64,000 nucleotides of DNA from Malacoraja senta (lineage: Eukaryota). Position numbers and translations under genes: made by a program. Location: contig CM075991.1 in assembly GCA_038087875.1 (NCBI GenBank), positions 11,534,001-11,598,000 of the forward strand, in the 5' to 3' direction. The notes beneath the pieces are model-generated. The model was not told the origin of the DNA. It searched no databases and was given only the letters and a program-made list of their open reading frames with translations. Shown one piece after another: positions 50,089-63,022 of this stretch (the stretch's first letter is position 1; each line of letters opens with the position of its first letter).

Positions 50089-51760
50089 ACCCGATCTCTC
50101 TGCCACTTCCCACTGCAAGTGGTCCCCAAATATCCGGCCAATCGTGACACAGACAATGTGGAGACCTAGTCAATGGATTTTTTTAAGGCAGAGAGAAATA
50201 GATTCCTGATTAGTACGTGTGTCAGGTACCTGTGGTCCATCAATCACCCGTTCACACTAGTTCTACCTTATCCTACTTTCTCATCCACTCCCTACACACT
50301 GGGGGCAATTTAGATTTAGATTTACCTTTAATAATCCTTTGCAGGAAATTACAATGCCACGACAGCTTCAAGACATACATAACACCACAAATAGCTTCCA
50401 TACTTAACAACTTAACAGCTGGACGATTAAACTACAAACCCACACGTCTTTGGAATGTCTGCACGCAGTTTTGCTCATTCTCTCTGTGACCGCGTGGGTT
50501 TCCTCCGGGTGCTCTGGTTTCCTCCCACATCCTACATCATTCCTCCCACATCCCAAAGACGTACAGATTTGTAGGTTAATAGGCTTCTGTAAAAAATGGT
50601 AAATTCTCGCTAGTGTGTGGGATAATAATAATAATAATAATGAATTTTATTTACGGGCGCCTTATACCGAGGTCTCAAGGACACCTTACAGAGATTTATA
50701 AATAAAGTTATTATTATTATTATTATTATTATTTATAGGAAACATATAATCAGAATAAAAAAATCAGTTATAAAGACCAATACACAAATCAGGGACAAAA
50801 TTCCTTCCAAAAACACAATTTAAACACAAGATAGTGCCAGTGTACAGGGTGGCACAGACTCCGTGGACCGAAGGGCCCATTTCACAAGTTCACAAGTTAC
50901 AGGAGTGGAATTAGGCCATTCGGCCCTTTGAGACCACTCCGCCATTATATCATGGCTGATCTCTGCCACCGAGTCCCATTTTCCTGCCTTCTCCCCATAA
51001 CCCTTGACACCCGCTGTGGGTGGGGGAGAGGATGTGCTCTTTCATGTTCCCGATCTCCAAACCAACCCGCCGTGATAAACAGCTGAGCCTTGCCTGATGA
51101 ATCTCTAATTTCTGAGCCTCCGCGTCAATCTTTGCGAACAGCCAGCTCACCAGGATGCTGCTTGCAATAAATCTGCCTCTGCTATTGAATGGTGACAGTG
51201 ATGGCTATTTCCAGATCTCCCCACAGATCGCTGACACTGGTATCATTCAGTAATTATTGTTTCCCCTTAAGTTATCACTGTAATTTCTGCTCTCTGAGAT
51301 ACAATCAATTTCCCCTCTCAAGGGCAGCGGCAGAAAGCCATTGCTTGCAGGCTGCTTCCTGACAGATTTGCTTCTGGACAGCACGCAGACAAATGGTCTA
51401 ATTTGGCGCAAATTAGCTCAGCTTTGAGCTCTGGCGTTGTACACCGATGTAAATTATCTCGTCGGCAACAAGTAAGTCACCTTGGCGCTGAGGGAGCGGA
51501 TGCAGAAGAGCCAGGCACAGTCGCTGCTCCCGCCGGCCTTCAGGGCCTGTCGTTGCCATGGCAGCCAGGCCTCATGGCGGTGGGCCGGGCCTGTGCTCCC
51601 TCCTCCTCCACCACAGCATCTCACCGCCCGCGCACTGAAGCTCTGCATCTGCATCTTCTGTGGGCGGTGATGTTGACGGTCGGTCGAAGGCCGGAGTGTT
51701 AGTGAATGACACCCCTCCACAGCCCTGGCCTACCTCCCTCCACCCCCAGGCACAGCCTGT

Positions 51761-52156
51761 GGCCTACACAGGCCTACACAGACCTATACAGGCATACACA
51801 GGCCTACACAGACCGACACAGGCCTACACAGACCGACACAGGCCTACACAGGCATACACAGGCCTATACAGACCGACACAGGCCTATACAGGCCTACACA
51901 GACCTATACAGGCATACACAGGCCTACACAGACCGACACAGGCCTACACAGACCGACACAGGCCTATACAGGCCTACACAGGCCTATTCAGGCCTACACA
52001 GGCCTACATAGGCTGACACCGGCCTATACAGGCCTACACAGGCTTACACAGGCCTATACAGGCCGACACAGGCCTACACAGGCTGACACAGGCCTACACA
52101 GGCCCATACAGGCCTACACAGGCCTACACAGACCTATACAGGCCTATACAGGCCTG
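51761..52156. repeat. 10-bp minisatellite GGCCTACACA with variants
   Basis: About 39 units in exact 10-bp register. Confidence 0.95.
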
Positions 52157-52991
52157 GCAGTCGCGGCAGGGGGGAGGCTGAAGGGGCTTTGGAGCCGGTC
52201 TGCATCTCCATGCCTGTGGCTTCCTCAACCGCCTGACTACTGTAGGCCCATAAGTAGTCAATGGGAATTAGAGGAACAAATATACCCGGAAATTGCAGAC
52301 AAATAGGGTTGTACCAGCAGGGGATTTTAACTTCACAATATAGACAGTGACGTATCAGTCTGAAGAAGGGTTTCGACCAGAAACATAACCTATCCATGTT
52401 CTTCAGAGATGCTGCCTAAGGTACTCCAGCATTTTATGTTACCTTTCAAATAGTCATGGATAGGGACAGGCTGGGCCAAAGGTTAAAGTCTTCAGGCAAA
52501 GGTCATTGAAAAGTGGCAGCGTGAGGTGTAGATGGAGTCAATGGAAGGGAGGTTGGTTTGTGTCATGGTCTGTGCTGCGTCCACAATTCTCTTCAAATCC
52601 TTGCGGTCTTGGATGGAGCTGTTCGCAAACCAATGCTTCTTGATAAAACGTTTAAAAAAAAATATATATTATTTTTTTAATTTAATTTTTTATTTTTATT
52701 TTATTAGAAGTAAGTACAATTGTATACAATCATATTTTCATAATACATTTTATGTACAGCTTCTTATTTTTTTATTATAGTAAAAAAGAAAAGAAAAAGA
52801 GATTAGATGATGAAGTATAGAAAAATGTGAGATATATAGTGTGTGGAGAAGGAAAATAGAGAGCTTTCTGCGGTGCATTTGTGGAAGTGGGTGAGACTTG
52901 TTGGGGACAAGCCAAACTTCCTAAGCCATCTGAGGAAGTAGAGGGCAGTTTTCAGACCCAGTGACCCAGAGGTCATAAGGCCATAAGTGAT

Positions 52992-53735
52992 AGAGTGGTG
53001 AATCTCTGGAACTCTCTGCCACAGAGGGTAGTTGAGGCCAGTTCATTGGCTATATTTAAGAGGGAGTTAGATGTGGCCCTTGTGGCTAAGGGGATCAGGG
53101 GGTATGGAGAGAAGGCAGGTACGGGATACTGAGTTGGATGATCAGCCATGATCATATTGAATGGCGGTGCAGGCTCGAAGGGCCGAATGGCCTACTCCTG
53201 CACCTATTTTCTATGTACCTATGTATCTATGATAGGAGCAAAATTAGACCATTCGGCCCATCAAGTCTACTCCACCACTCAATTGTGGCTGATCCATCTC
53301 TCCTAACCCCATTCTCCTGCCTTCTCCCCATAACCCCTGACACCCGTACTAATCAAGAATCTATCTATCTCTGCCTTAAAAATATCCACTGATTGACCTC
53401 CACAGCCTTCTGTGGCAAAGAATCCCACAGATTCACCACCCTCGGACTGAAGAAATTCCTCCTCATCGCCTTCCGAAAGGAACGTCCTTTAATTCTGAAG
53501 CTGTGACCTCTAGTCCTAGACTCTCCCACTAGTGAAAACATCCTCTCCGCATCCACTCCATCCAAGTCCGTCTCAATGAGGCTCCCCTCTCATCCTTCTA
53601 AACTCCAGCGAGTGCAGGCCCAGTGCCGTCAAACGCTCATCATATTCATTCCTGAGATCATTCTCGTAAACCACCTCTGGACCCTCTTCAGGGCCAGCAC
53701 ATCCTTCCTCAGATATGGGACCCAAAATGTTCTCA
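52992..53735. mobile_element. Two CR1 3' fragments tail to tail (+ 52992-53230; - 53231-53735)
   Basis: CR1 C-terminal peptides on both strands (ORFs 53365-53565 and 53573-53770). Confidence 0.85.
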
Positions 53736-54210
53736 CAATGCCGCTGGTACATCCGAGGGCTGGAAGCCACCGCCCAAACCCAGAGGCTCCTCTCTGCTGA
53801 ACCGACAACGATTAGCCAGTGATCAGCAGGAGAGTTTCTGTAGCATCTTTGGCTGCTTCGGCCCGAGAGGAATTTTGGACGCGTTCCAACGGCAGTGTTT
53901 TAATTCCTTGCCTGATTTTATCCAGCAGACGCATTAACGTGTTATCTGTGGCTTCTCGTTATCCGTGACGCGAGGATGGAGAGGCAAATTAGGGGGGCAG
54001 GAGGACGAGATCACATCTCAATATCCACAATATCACCGACAACAAGAAGCAATTTCATACTCGCTGAGTCTCAGCAGGTTGCCTTCACAGCACAGACACG
54101 GGCAGGCTGGTGTGTATCTTGCCGCAGGGCAGGCCGCTGCTAAATCCTGGCATTGCCCCCTCAGCTCAGACCCCCGCTCTCAACTCATCCCCCTTCCCCG
54201 ACACCAATTA

Positions 54211-54377
54211 AGGGCCTGTCCCACTTTCACGACCTAATTCACGACCTCTGCCGAGTTTGCCCTTGACTCATACTCGCAGCATGGTCGTCACGAGGTCGTA
54301 GGAGGTCGTAGCAGGCCGTGATGCTAGTCTTAGGTACTCGTGGTTATGAAAAGTGTTGTGTAAGTGGGACAGGCCCT
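54211..54377. mobile_element. MITE, PIF/Harbinger-like (internally deleted)
   Basis: TIR AGGGCCTGTCCCACTT, with TTA on both flanks. Confidence 0.8.
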
Positions 54378-54482
54378 TTACTACAAGGTGTAGGAAGGAA
54401 ATGCAGATGCTGGTTTAAGCCAAGGACAGACACAAAAAGCCCGAGTAACTCAGCGGGACAGGCAGCGTCTCTGGAGAGAAGG

Positions 54483-54697
54483 CACGGTGGCGCAGTGGTA
54501 GAGTTGCCACCTTTTTCTCCAAGATCTTTGGTTTCCTCCCACACTCCAAAAGATGTACAGGTGTAAGATGTATTGGCTTTTATAAAATGTTAAAAAATTG
54601 TGTGTGGGATAGTACTAGTGTGCGGGGATCGCTGGTCGACGCGGACTTGGTGGGCCGAAGGGCCTGTTTCCGCGCTGCATCTCTAAACTAAACTAAA
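54483..54697 (+). mobile_element. Internally deleted tRNA-derived SINE
   Basis: A box, part of the central domain, and tail with (CTAAA)n. Confidence 0.7.
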
Positions 54698-54861
54698 AGG
54701 AATGGGTGACGTTTCGGGTTGAGACGTCTGAAAAAGGTTCTCGACCCGAAACGCCCCCCGTTCCTCCTCTCCAGAGATGCTCCCTGAGTTAGTCCAGCTT
54801 TTTGTGTCTATCAAAGTCATTACAAGCCACCACCGTCTCTCTCCGCGGAACTTAAGTTCAG

Positions 54862-55441
54862 CGAGACCAACGATTGTTTCGCTGAACACCTCCGCTCAGT
54901 TCGCCTAGGCCGTCATGATCTCCTGGCTGCCAAAGACTTTAACTCCCCTCCCATTCCCACACTGACCTTTCTGTCCTGGGCCTCCTCCACTGTCAGAGTG
55001 AGGCCCAGCGCCAAATTGGAGGAACAGCACCTCATATGTCACTTGGGCAGCTTCCACCCCAGCGGTATGAACATTGACTTCTCTAACTTTAAGTAGCCCT
55101 TGCTTTCCCTCTCTCTCCATCCCTCTCCCATCCTAGTTCTCCGACCAGTCTGACTGTCCTGAATAAATTTATCGCGTTATGCCTCCTTGTCACCTTCCCG
55201 AGCTAACAATAATCTATTCTACATGTTCCTTAATCCTCATCCCCTTTGCTCTCTTATTTTCACACCTTACCCTTCCATATCTCTTGTTCCACTCTCCCCT
55301 GACGCTCAGTCTGAAGAAGGGTCTTGACCCGAAACGTCACCCATTCCTTGTCTCCTGAGATGCTGCCTGTCCCGCTGAGTTACTCCAGCATTTTGTGTCT
55401 ATCTTCGGTGTAAAGCAGCATCTGCAGTTCCTTCCTACACA
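54862..55441 (+). mobile_element. Penelope-like retroelement 3' end: degenerate GIY-YIG C-terminus, 3' UTR and terminal repeat with hammerhead core
   Basis: Translates with frameshifts to ...FAEHLRSVR...LSVLGLLHCQSEAQ...LEEQHLICHLGSFHPSGMNIDFSNFK*. This is followed by a pyrimidine-rich UTR, then CTGAAGAAGGGTCTTGACCCGAAACGTC at ~55311-55338, then the conserved tail ending TCTGCAGTTCCTTCCTACAC. Confidence 0.85.
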
Positions 55442-55570
55442 CTTAAGATCAAGTCAATTGGAACAAACCCACCTCGATCACTGACTTGTGTGGAAGATCT
55501 CTCTTACAGTATTCCCTCATCATGTATCTGTACACTGTGAATGGCTCGATTGTAATCGTGTATTGTCTTA

Positions 55571-55809
55571 AGAGCCTGTCCCCACTTTCACGACCTAATT
55601 CACGACCTCTGCCGAGTTTGCCCTTGACTCATACTCGCAGCATGGTCGTCACGAGGTCGTAGGAGGTCGTAGGTAGGTCGTAGCAGGCCGTGATGCTAGT
55701 CGTAGGTACTCGTGCATCAAGTAGGTCGGGGCGTTTTTTTCTAGCCTGATGAAAAATGTCCACGAGTAAAAAAGGTCGTGAATTAGGTCGTGAAAGTGGG
55801 ACAGGCCCT
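55571..55809. mobile_element. MITE, PIF/Harbinger-like (same subfamily as 54211-54377)
   Basis: TIR ..CCTGTCCCACTTTCACGACCTAATTCACGACC, inserted in a LINE 3' UTR. Confidence 0.8.
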
Positions 55810-55885
55810 TTGCCGCTGACTGGATAGCACGCAACAAAATCTTTTCACTGTACCTCGGTGCACGTGACAATAAGCTAAACTGAAA

Positions 55886-56082
55886 CCTTCGATGGTGGGG
55901 AGGTCAGTACTGTGATGGACCTTCGATGGTGGGGAGGTCTGTACTGTGATGGATCTTCGATGGTGGGGAGGTCAGTACTGTGATGGACCTTCGATGGTGG
56001 GGAGGTCAGTACTGTGATGGACCTTCGATGGTGGGGAGGTCAGTACTGTGATGGATCTTCGATGGTGGGGAGGGTCAGTACT
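55886..56082. repeat. 34-bp minisatellite, about 5.8 copies
   Basis: CCTTCGATGGTGGGGAGGTCAGTACTGTGATGGA starting at 55886, 55920, 55954, 55988, 56022 and 56056. Confidence 0.95.
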
Positions 56083-56751
56083 CTCGTGACGAGCGTGTGA
56101 GGCGTGGGGAGATCATGGAGACAGCACTGGCTGGCCACACGCCAGACTGTAGCGGGAACCTTTTCTACAACATCGTGACAGCGCGCAGGGCCAGTTATTT
56201 TTGGGCTGAGTTTGAAAAAACAGGATCACGTGAGAAAGATTTATTTCAAGCCAGGCTTTCCGTCTTTCATTCCCCAGATTGTTTGGATCCTGTTGGGAAT
56301 GATGAATGGGTTCCCGGAGATCAAGTGAATGGCTGATTGCCCCCGGAATATGGGGACCAGATGTGGGAATGGGGCGGGAGGGGGAAGATCGGCCAGTTTC
56401 ATGCTCAGCCCCGCAGTGGGAGGGGGGACGGGGAGGGAGGAGGGAGGGGGAGAAGAGCCAACAGGAAGGTTGGGCGGGAGGGAGGGGGGGAAGGGGGGAA
56501 GGGGTCTTCTTATTTCGTGTCCATCTTCCATGTTTCAAATGTTGACATCGCTGCCATCGTCCGTCCGTGAAAAGACGCAAGCTTCCGGCCACAATCAGTG
56601 GAGCCATCACTGATTGCGATAGATGATGGTGGTAGCAGAATTAGCTCAGGATACTTCCAGTATCCAGCCCCACGACGTGGACGCTTCTGCTGTGGGGCCA
56701 GGGAAGGGGTAGGGAGGGAGGGTACTCGCTCCCCAGCCTGAGTGGCTGTTC

Positions 56752-57130
56752 CAGGCTTGTATTCACTGGAATGTAGATGGATGAGATGGGATCTTATAGA
56801 AATGTATAAAATTCTTAAAGGATTGGACAGGCTAGATGCAGGAAAAATATTCCCCATGTTGGGGGAGTCCAGAACCAGGGGTCACACAGTTTAAGAATAA
56901 GGGGTCGGCCATTTAGGACTGAGATGAGGAAAAACTTTTTCACCCAGAGAGTTGTGAATCTGTGGAATTCTCTGCCACGGAAGGCAGTGGAGGCTGATTC
57001 ACTGGATGTTTTCAAGAAAAGAGTTAGATTTGAGCAGGAACGGGGGATGATCAGCCGTGATCATATTAAATGGCAGTGCTGGCTCGAACGGCCGAATGGC
57101 CTACTCCTGCACCTATTTTCTATGTTTCTT
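56752..57130 (+). mobile_element. CR1 LINE 3' fragment
   Basis: [18 protein letters not shown] and tail. Confidence 0.88.
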
Positions 57131-57468
57131 AATGCCTTTTGGAATGTCTAGTCCCCAGGTAACTATGCCACACCACCGTGGTCCCTGTCTCTCACAGATC
57201 TCTCCACATCTCTCCTGTGCAGCAAAGGCGATGAACGATAAGAACTTAAAACTATTTCTTAAAATGTTATCAAAGGAAAGGAAACGGTTTCTGTAGCCAC
57301 GCTGTGTATTAACATGTTGCTGATTAGATCTTGGAGCCTACTCTTCTTTCAAGGCTCGACCCAAAACATCACCCATTCCTTCTCTCCAGAGGATGCTGCC
57401 TGTCCCACTGAGTTACTCCAGCATTTTGTGTCTACCTTCGATTTAAACCAGCATCTGCAGTTTTTTCT

Positions 57469-57471
<3 letters not shown>

Positions 57472-57538
<67 letters not shown>
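57472..57538. repeat. (TA)n microsatellite
   Basis: Seen directly. Confidence 0.95.
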
Positions 57539-57540
<2 letters not shown>

Positions 57541-57579
57541 TATATATATGTATGTACATATGTATATATATGTATGTAC

Positions 57580-57952
57580 AAACTTACAAAATCTTAAGGG
57601 GTTGGACAGGCTAGATGCCAGGAAGATTGTTCCCGATGTTGGGAAGTCCAGAACAAAGGGTCATAGTTTAAGGATAAGGGGGAAGTCTTTTAGGACCGAG
57701 ATGAGAAAAACATTTTTCACACAGAGAGTGGTGAATCTGTGGAATTCTCTGCCACAGAAGGTAGTTGAGGCCAGTTCATTGGCTGTATTTAAGAGGGAGT
57801 TAGATGTGGCCCTTGTGGCTAAAGGGATCAGGGGGTATGGAGAGAAGGCAGGTACAGGATACTGAGATGGAAGATCAGCCATGATCATATTGAATGGCGG
57901 TGCAGGCTCGAAGGGCCGAATGGCCTACTCCTGCACCTATTTCCTATGTTCT
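57580..57952 (+). mobile_element. CR1 LINE 3' fragment
   Basis: [26 protein letters not shown]. Confidence 0.88.
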
Positions 57953-58082
57953 ATATATACACTGTGTGTGTGTGTATACATAAATATATATACTGTGTAT
58001 ATTTTGTATATGTATTATGAACTTTTTTATGGTGCTGACTGTAAGTAAGAATTGTTCTGTTCTGGGACTTGTGACAATCTTA

Positions 58083-58390
58083 AGGGCCTGTCCCACTGTA
58101 CGAGGTAATTCAAGAGTTCGCCCGAGTTTTCCCTGATTCGAACTCGGAGAATTACGGTAACAGCCGCTCGTAGGTACTCGGGGCTCTCGTGGACATTTTT
58201 CAACATGTTGAAAAAACTTGACGAGCTTACTGCGTTTCCCGAGTACCTGCCGTTAGCATTACGAGCTGCGAAGAGACGTCCCGAGCTCTGACGTACCCAC
58301 TACGTACATTCTACGTGCTACCCACGTGTTTGATTTTTTTTTAAACTCGGGGAGAGCTCTTGGGTGAACTCGTATAGTGGGACAGGCCCT
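58083..58390. mobile_element. MITE, PIF/Harbinger-like (related to 21401-21732, opposite orientation)
   Basis: TIR AGGGCCTGTCCCACT, TTA/TAA flanks. Confidence 0.8.
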
Positions 58391-58734
58391 TAAATCACTC
58401 TTTCTCTTGACTCTTTAGGGCCAAGGGTCAAGGATGCTGCATCAGGGGTGGTGGGGCATGAGTTAACAGCTGCAGGTCAACCGCAGAGCCCGGACACAAT
58501 GCTCCCTGCTCCCCCCCCCCACCATTGCCCACACTATGGATTTCACATCTGGTCGATTCAAGCAGCTCCATTATAGTTTAATGGCCTGGAACTGGAAGTG
58601 TAATAATCAAAGGAAGATCAGAGCATGCCTGTCTCCCAGTGAGTGCACGTCCCCCCCGGAGGCAGGCGTAGTTTTAGGTTAGTTTATTGTCACGTGTACC
58701 CGAGGTGCAGCGCTCCTCAGTGCCGCCCCTCCCA

Positions 58735-59410
58735 CAGTGTGCCGCTACACTACGTGGCGGTCGGTGTCGACATCCGGTCGCCAGGGTCCTCTATGCAGGG
58801 ATACTCCCCCTCTACATCGGGGACCTGGGGTGCAGGCTACTGCACCGAGGAGTCCTCTGCAACCTGTTTCTCTCACTGTTCACAGACTCGCCAGCCGCCT
58901 GCCGCTATCGCGGGCTGGAAGAAACATAGAAACATAGACATAGAAACATAGAAAATAGGTGCAGGAGGAGGCCATTCGGCCCTTCGAGCCAGCAATGCCA
59001 TTCATTGTGATCATGGCTGATCGTCCCCAATCAATAACCCGTGCCTGCCTTCTCCCCATATCCCTTGACTCCACTAGCCCCTAGAGCTCTATCTAACTCT
59101 CTCTTAAATCCATCCAGTGATTTGGCCTCCGCTGCCCTCTGTGGGAGGGAATTCCACAAATTCACAACTCTCTGGGTGAAAAGGTTTTTTCTCACCTCAG
59201 TCGGGAAGAGTCTGTGTTCCACGTGTACATGGAGCGTGTGAGGTTTGCAGCCACTGTTCCAATACCTCCTCGCCTTCTGGCTGCACTTCACACCCACCAC
59301 CCTCATCTTTGGACACCCTGTGCGTAGGGGAGGGGGTTTGGGGCTGAAGATGTCCTGGTTGAGGTTGCTCCTGGGCCTGGCCAAGCTGGCCATCCGCGAG
59401 TCAAGGCGCT
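58735..59410 (+). mobile_element. Tx1-like LINE fragment split by a CR1 insertion (58921-59201)
   Basis: RVLYAGILPLYIGDLGCRLLHRGVLCN...AACRYRGLEE resumes after the CR1 as EESVFHVYME...LLAFWLHF. The second part matches 45395-45600. Confidence 0.7.
58921..59201 (-). mobile_element. CR1 LINE 3' fragment nested in Tx1
   Basis: Reverse-complement CR1 tail. GGAAGA occurs on both sides. Confidence 0.85.
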
Positions 59411-59985
59411 CAGTATATTTGATATTTAAGAATATTTGTCTTGCGGTACTTTGTGCTATGGCGGTGGGTTTGTTGGTGTTGTGTTGTATGGCACATATCA
59501 TTCTTGTAAATGATCAAATCAGATAATTTTCGGCTAGGTAAACAAATAGTGTAGCGTTTACTCGCTCCTGCCCCCTCCCACAGCACAGAGCTCTTAATCT
59601 GATCACACTGAGGGTGGTGGGTATACAGTAATGAACAAACTGCCAGAGGTACCAGTTGAGGCAGGTACTGGCACAATGTTTTACAAGACATTTGGACAGG
59701 AAAATTGATAAAGATTTAGAGGGATACGGGTAAAAACATAGGTGAATGTGATCTGTGTAAACAGGCATCTTGTTCGGCATGGACTGGTTGGATGTGAGGG
59801 ATTCTATCCATGATGTGTAACTCTGTGAATCGATGAACTAGTAACTCTTTAATCTCATTAGATTAATTAAGATCAGTTTAGATGGCTGCTTGTGAGGGAA
59901 AGAACTGCAGATTCTGGTTGTAACTGAAGATAGACACAAAATGCTGGAATAACTCAGCGGGACAGGCGGCATCTCTGGAGAGAGG

Positions 59986-60555
59986 AATAGACAATAGACA
60001 ATAGGTGCAGGAGTAGGCCATTCGGCCCTTCAAGCCAGCACCGCCATTCAAGTGATCATGGCTGATCATCCCCAATTCCCCAATCAGTAGCCCGTTCCTG
60101 CCTTCTCCCCATATCCCCTGACTCCCATATCTTTAAGAGCCCTATCTAGAGGCAGAGAATTCCACAGACTCACAACTCTCTGTGTGAAAAAGTGTTTCCT
60201 CATCTCTGTTCTAAATGGCTTACCCCTTATTCATAAATTGTGGCCCCTGGTTCTGGACACCCCCAACATCGGGAACATGTTTCCTGCCTCTAGCGTGTCC
60301 AAAACCTTAATAATCTTATATGTTTCAATAAGATCCCCTCTCATTCTTCGAAATACCAGAGCATTCTAGAGAATGGGTGACATTTTGGGTCGAGACCCTT
60401 CTTCAGACTGTTTAGATGGCTGAGTGATAGCTGACACAGCCAGCACCGCCATTCACAGTGCTCATGGCTTATAATCCACAATCAGTACCCGTTCATGCCT
60501 TCTCCCGATATCCCCTGACTCCACTATCTTAAGAGCCCTATCTAACTCTCTCACT
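59986..60555 (-). mobile_element. CR1 LINE 3' fragments (two pieces)
   Basis: Reverse complement of the 941-1306 family. Confidence 0.8.
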
Positions 60556-60571
60556 TGGGCAGTGTTCGGCT

Positions 60572-63022
60572 CTGTTGGACACTGTTGGACACTGTTGGAC
60601 ACTGTTGGACACTGTTGGACACTGTTGGACACTGTTGACACTGTTGTCACTGTTGGACACTGTTGCCTGTTGGACACTGTTGGACACTGTTGTCTGTTGG
60701 ACACTGTTGGACATGTTGTCACTGTTGGACACTGTTGGACGCTGTTTGGACACTGTTGACACTGTTGTCACTGTTGGACACTGTTGTCACTGTTGGACAC
60801 TGTTGTCACTGTTGACACTGTTGTCACTGTTGGACACTGTTGGACACTGTTGTCTGTTGGACACTGTTGTCACTGTTGTCACTGTTGGACACTGTTGGAC
60901 ACTGTTGGACACTGTTGTCACTGTTGGACACTGTTGACACTGTTGTCACTGTTGACACTGTTGTCACTGTTGGACACTGTTGGACACTGTTGTCACTGTT
61001 GGACACTGTTGTCACTGTTGTCACTGTTGGACACTGTTGGACACTGTTGTCTGTTGGACACTGTTGTCACTGTTGGACACTGTTGTCACTGTTGTCACTG
61101 TTGGACACTGTTGGACACTGTTGTCTGTTGGACACTGTTGTCACTGTTGGACACTGTTGTCACTGTTGTCACTGTTGTCTGTTGGACACTGTTGGACACT
61201 GTTGGACACTGTTGGACACTGTTGGACACTGTTGTCACTGTTGGACACTGTTGGACACTGTTGTCGCTGTTGGACACTGTTGTCACTGTTGGACACTGTT
61301 GTCACTGTTGGACACTGTTGTCACTGTTGTCACTGTTGGACACTGTTGGACACTGTTGTCACTGTTGGACACTGTTGGACACTGTTGTCTGTTGGACACT
61401 GTTGGACACTGTTGTCACTGTTGTCACTGTTGTCTGTTGGACACTGTTGGACACTGTTGTCACTGTTGGACACTGTTGGACACTGTTGTCACTGTTGGAC
61501 ACTGTTGGACACTGTTGTCTGTTGGACACTGTTGGACACTGTTGTCACTGTTGGACACTGTTGTCACTGTTGGACACTGTTGTCTGTTGGACACTGTTGG
61601 ACACTGTTGTCACTGTTGTCACTGTTGTCACTGTTGTCACTGTTGGACACTGTTGTCACTGTGTCACTGTTGTCTGTTGGACACTGTTGACACTGTTGTC
61701 ACTGTTGGGCACTGTTGGACACTGTTGGACACTGTTGTCACTGTTGTCACTGTTGTCACTGTTGGACACTGTTGTCACTGTTGTCACTGTTGTCTGTTGG
61801 ACACTGTTGGACACTGTTGTCACTGTTGGACACTGTTGGACACTGTTGTCACTGTTGTCACTGTTGTCACTGTTGGACACTGTTGTCACTGTTGGGCACT
61901 GTTGGACACTGTTGGACACTGTTGTCACTGTTGTCACTGTTGTCACTGTTGGACACTGTTGGACACTGTTGTCACTGTTGTCACTGTTGTCACTGTTGTC
62001 ACTGTTGGACACTGTTGGACACTGTTGTCACTGTTGGACACTGTTGGACACTGTTGGACACTGTTGTCACTGTTGGACACTGTTGGACACTGTTGGACAC
62101 TGTTGGACACTGTTGTCTGTTGGACACTGTTGGACACTGTTGTCACTGTTGGACACTGTTGGACACTGTTGGACACTGTTGGAACTGTTGTCACTGTTGG
62201 ACACTGTTGTCACTGTTGGACACTGTTGTCACTGTTGGACACTGTTGGACACTGTTGTCACTGTTGGACACTGTTGTCACTGTTGGACACTGTTGGACAC
62301 TGTTGGACACTGTTGTCTGTTGGACACTGTTGGACACTGTTGTCACTGTTGGACACTGTTGGACACTGTTGGACACTGTTGGAACCTGTTGTCACTGTTG
62401 GACACCGTTGTCACTGTTGGAAACTGTTGGACACTGTTGGACACTGTTGTCACTGTTGTCACTGTTGGACACTGTTGGACACTGTTGTCACTGTTGGACA
62501 CTGTTGGACACTGTTGGACACTGTTGTCTGTTGGATACTGTTGTCTGTTGGACACTGTTGTCACTGTTGGACACTGTTGGACACTGTTGTCACTGTTGGA
62601 CACTGTTGGACACTGCTGGACACTGTTGTCTGTTGGATACTGTTGTCTGTTGGACACTGTTGTCACTGTTGGACACTGTTGGACACTGTTGTCACTGTTG
62701 GACACTGTTGGACTGTTGTCTGTTGTCACTGTTGGACACTGTTGGACGCTGTTGGACACTGTTGGACACTGTTGGACACTGTTGTCTGTTGGACACTGTT
62801 GTCACTGTTGGACACTGTTGGACACTGTTGGACACTGTTGTCACTGTTGGACACTGTTGGACTGTTGTCTGTTGTCACTGTTGGACACTGTTGGACACTG
62901 TTGTCACTGTTGGACACTGTTGGACACTGTTGTTCATGGGCACTGTTGGACACTGTTGTCACTGTTGGACACTGTTGTCACTGTTGGACACTGTTGTCAC
63001 TATTGTCACTGTTGGACACTGT
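60572..63022. repeat. 2.45-kb satellite of interspersed CTGTTGGACA / CTGTTGTCA / CTGTTGACA / CTGTTGT units
   Basis: Seen directly. It explains the long stop-free ORFs. Confidence 0.97.
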
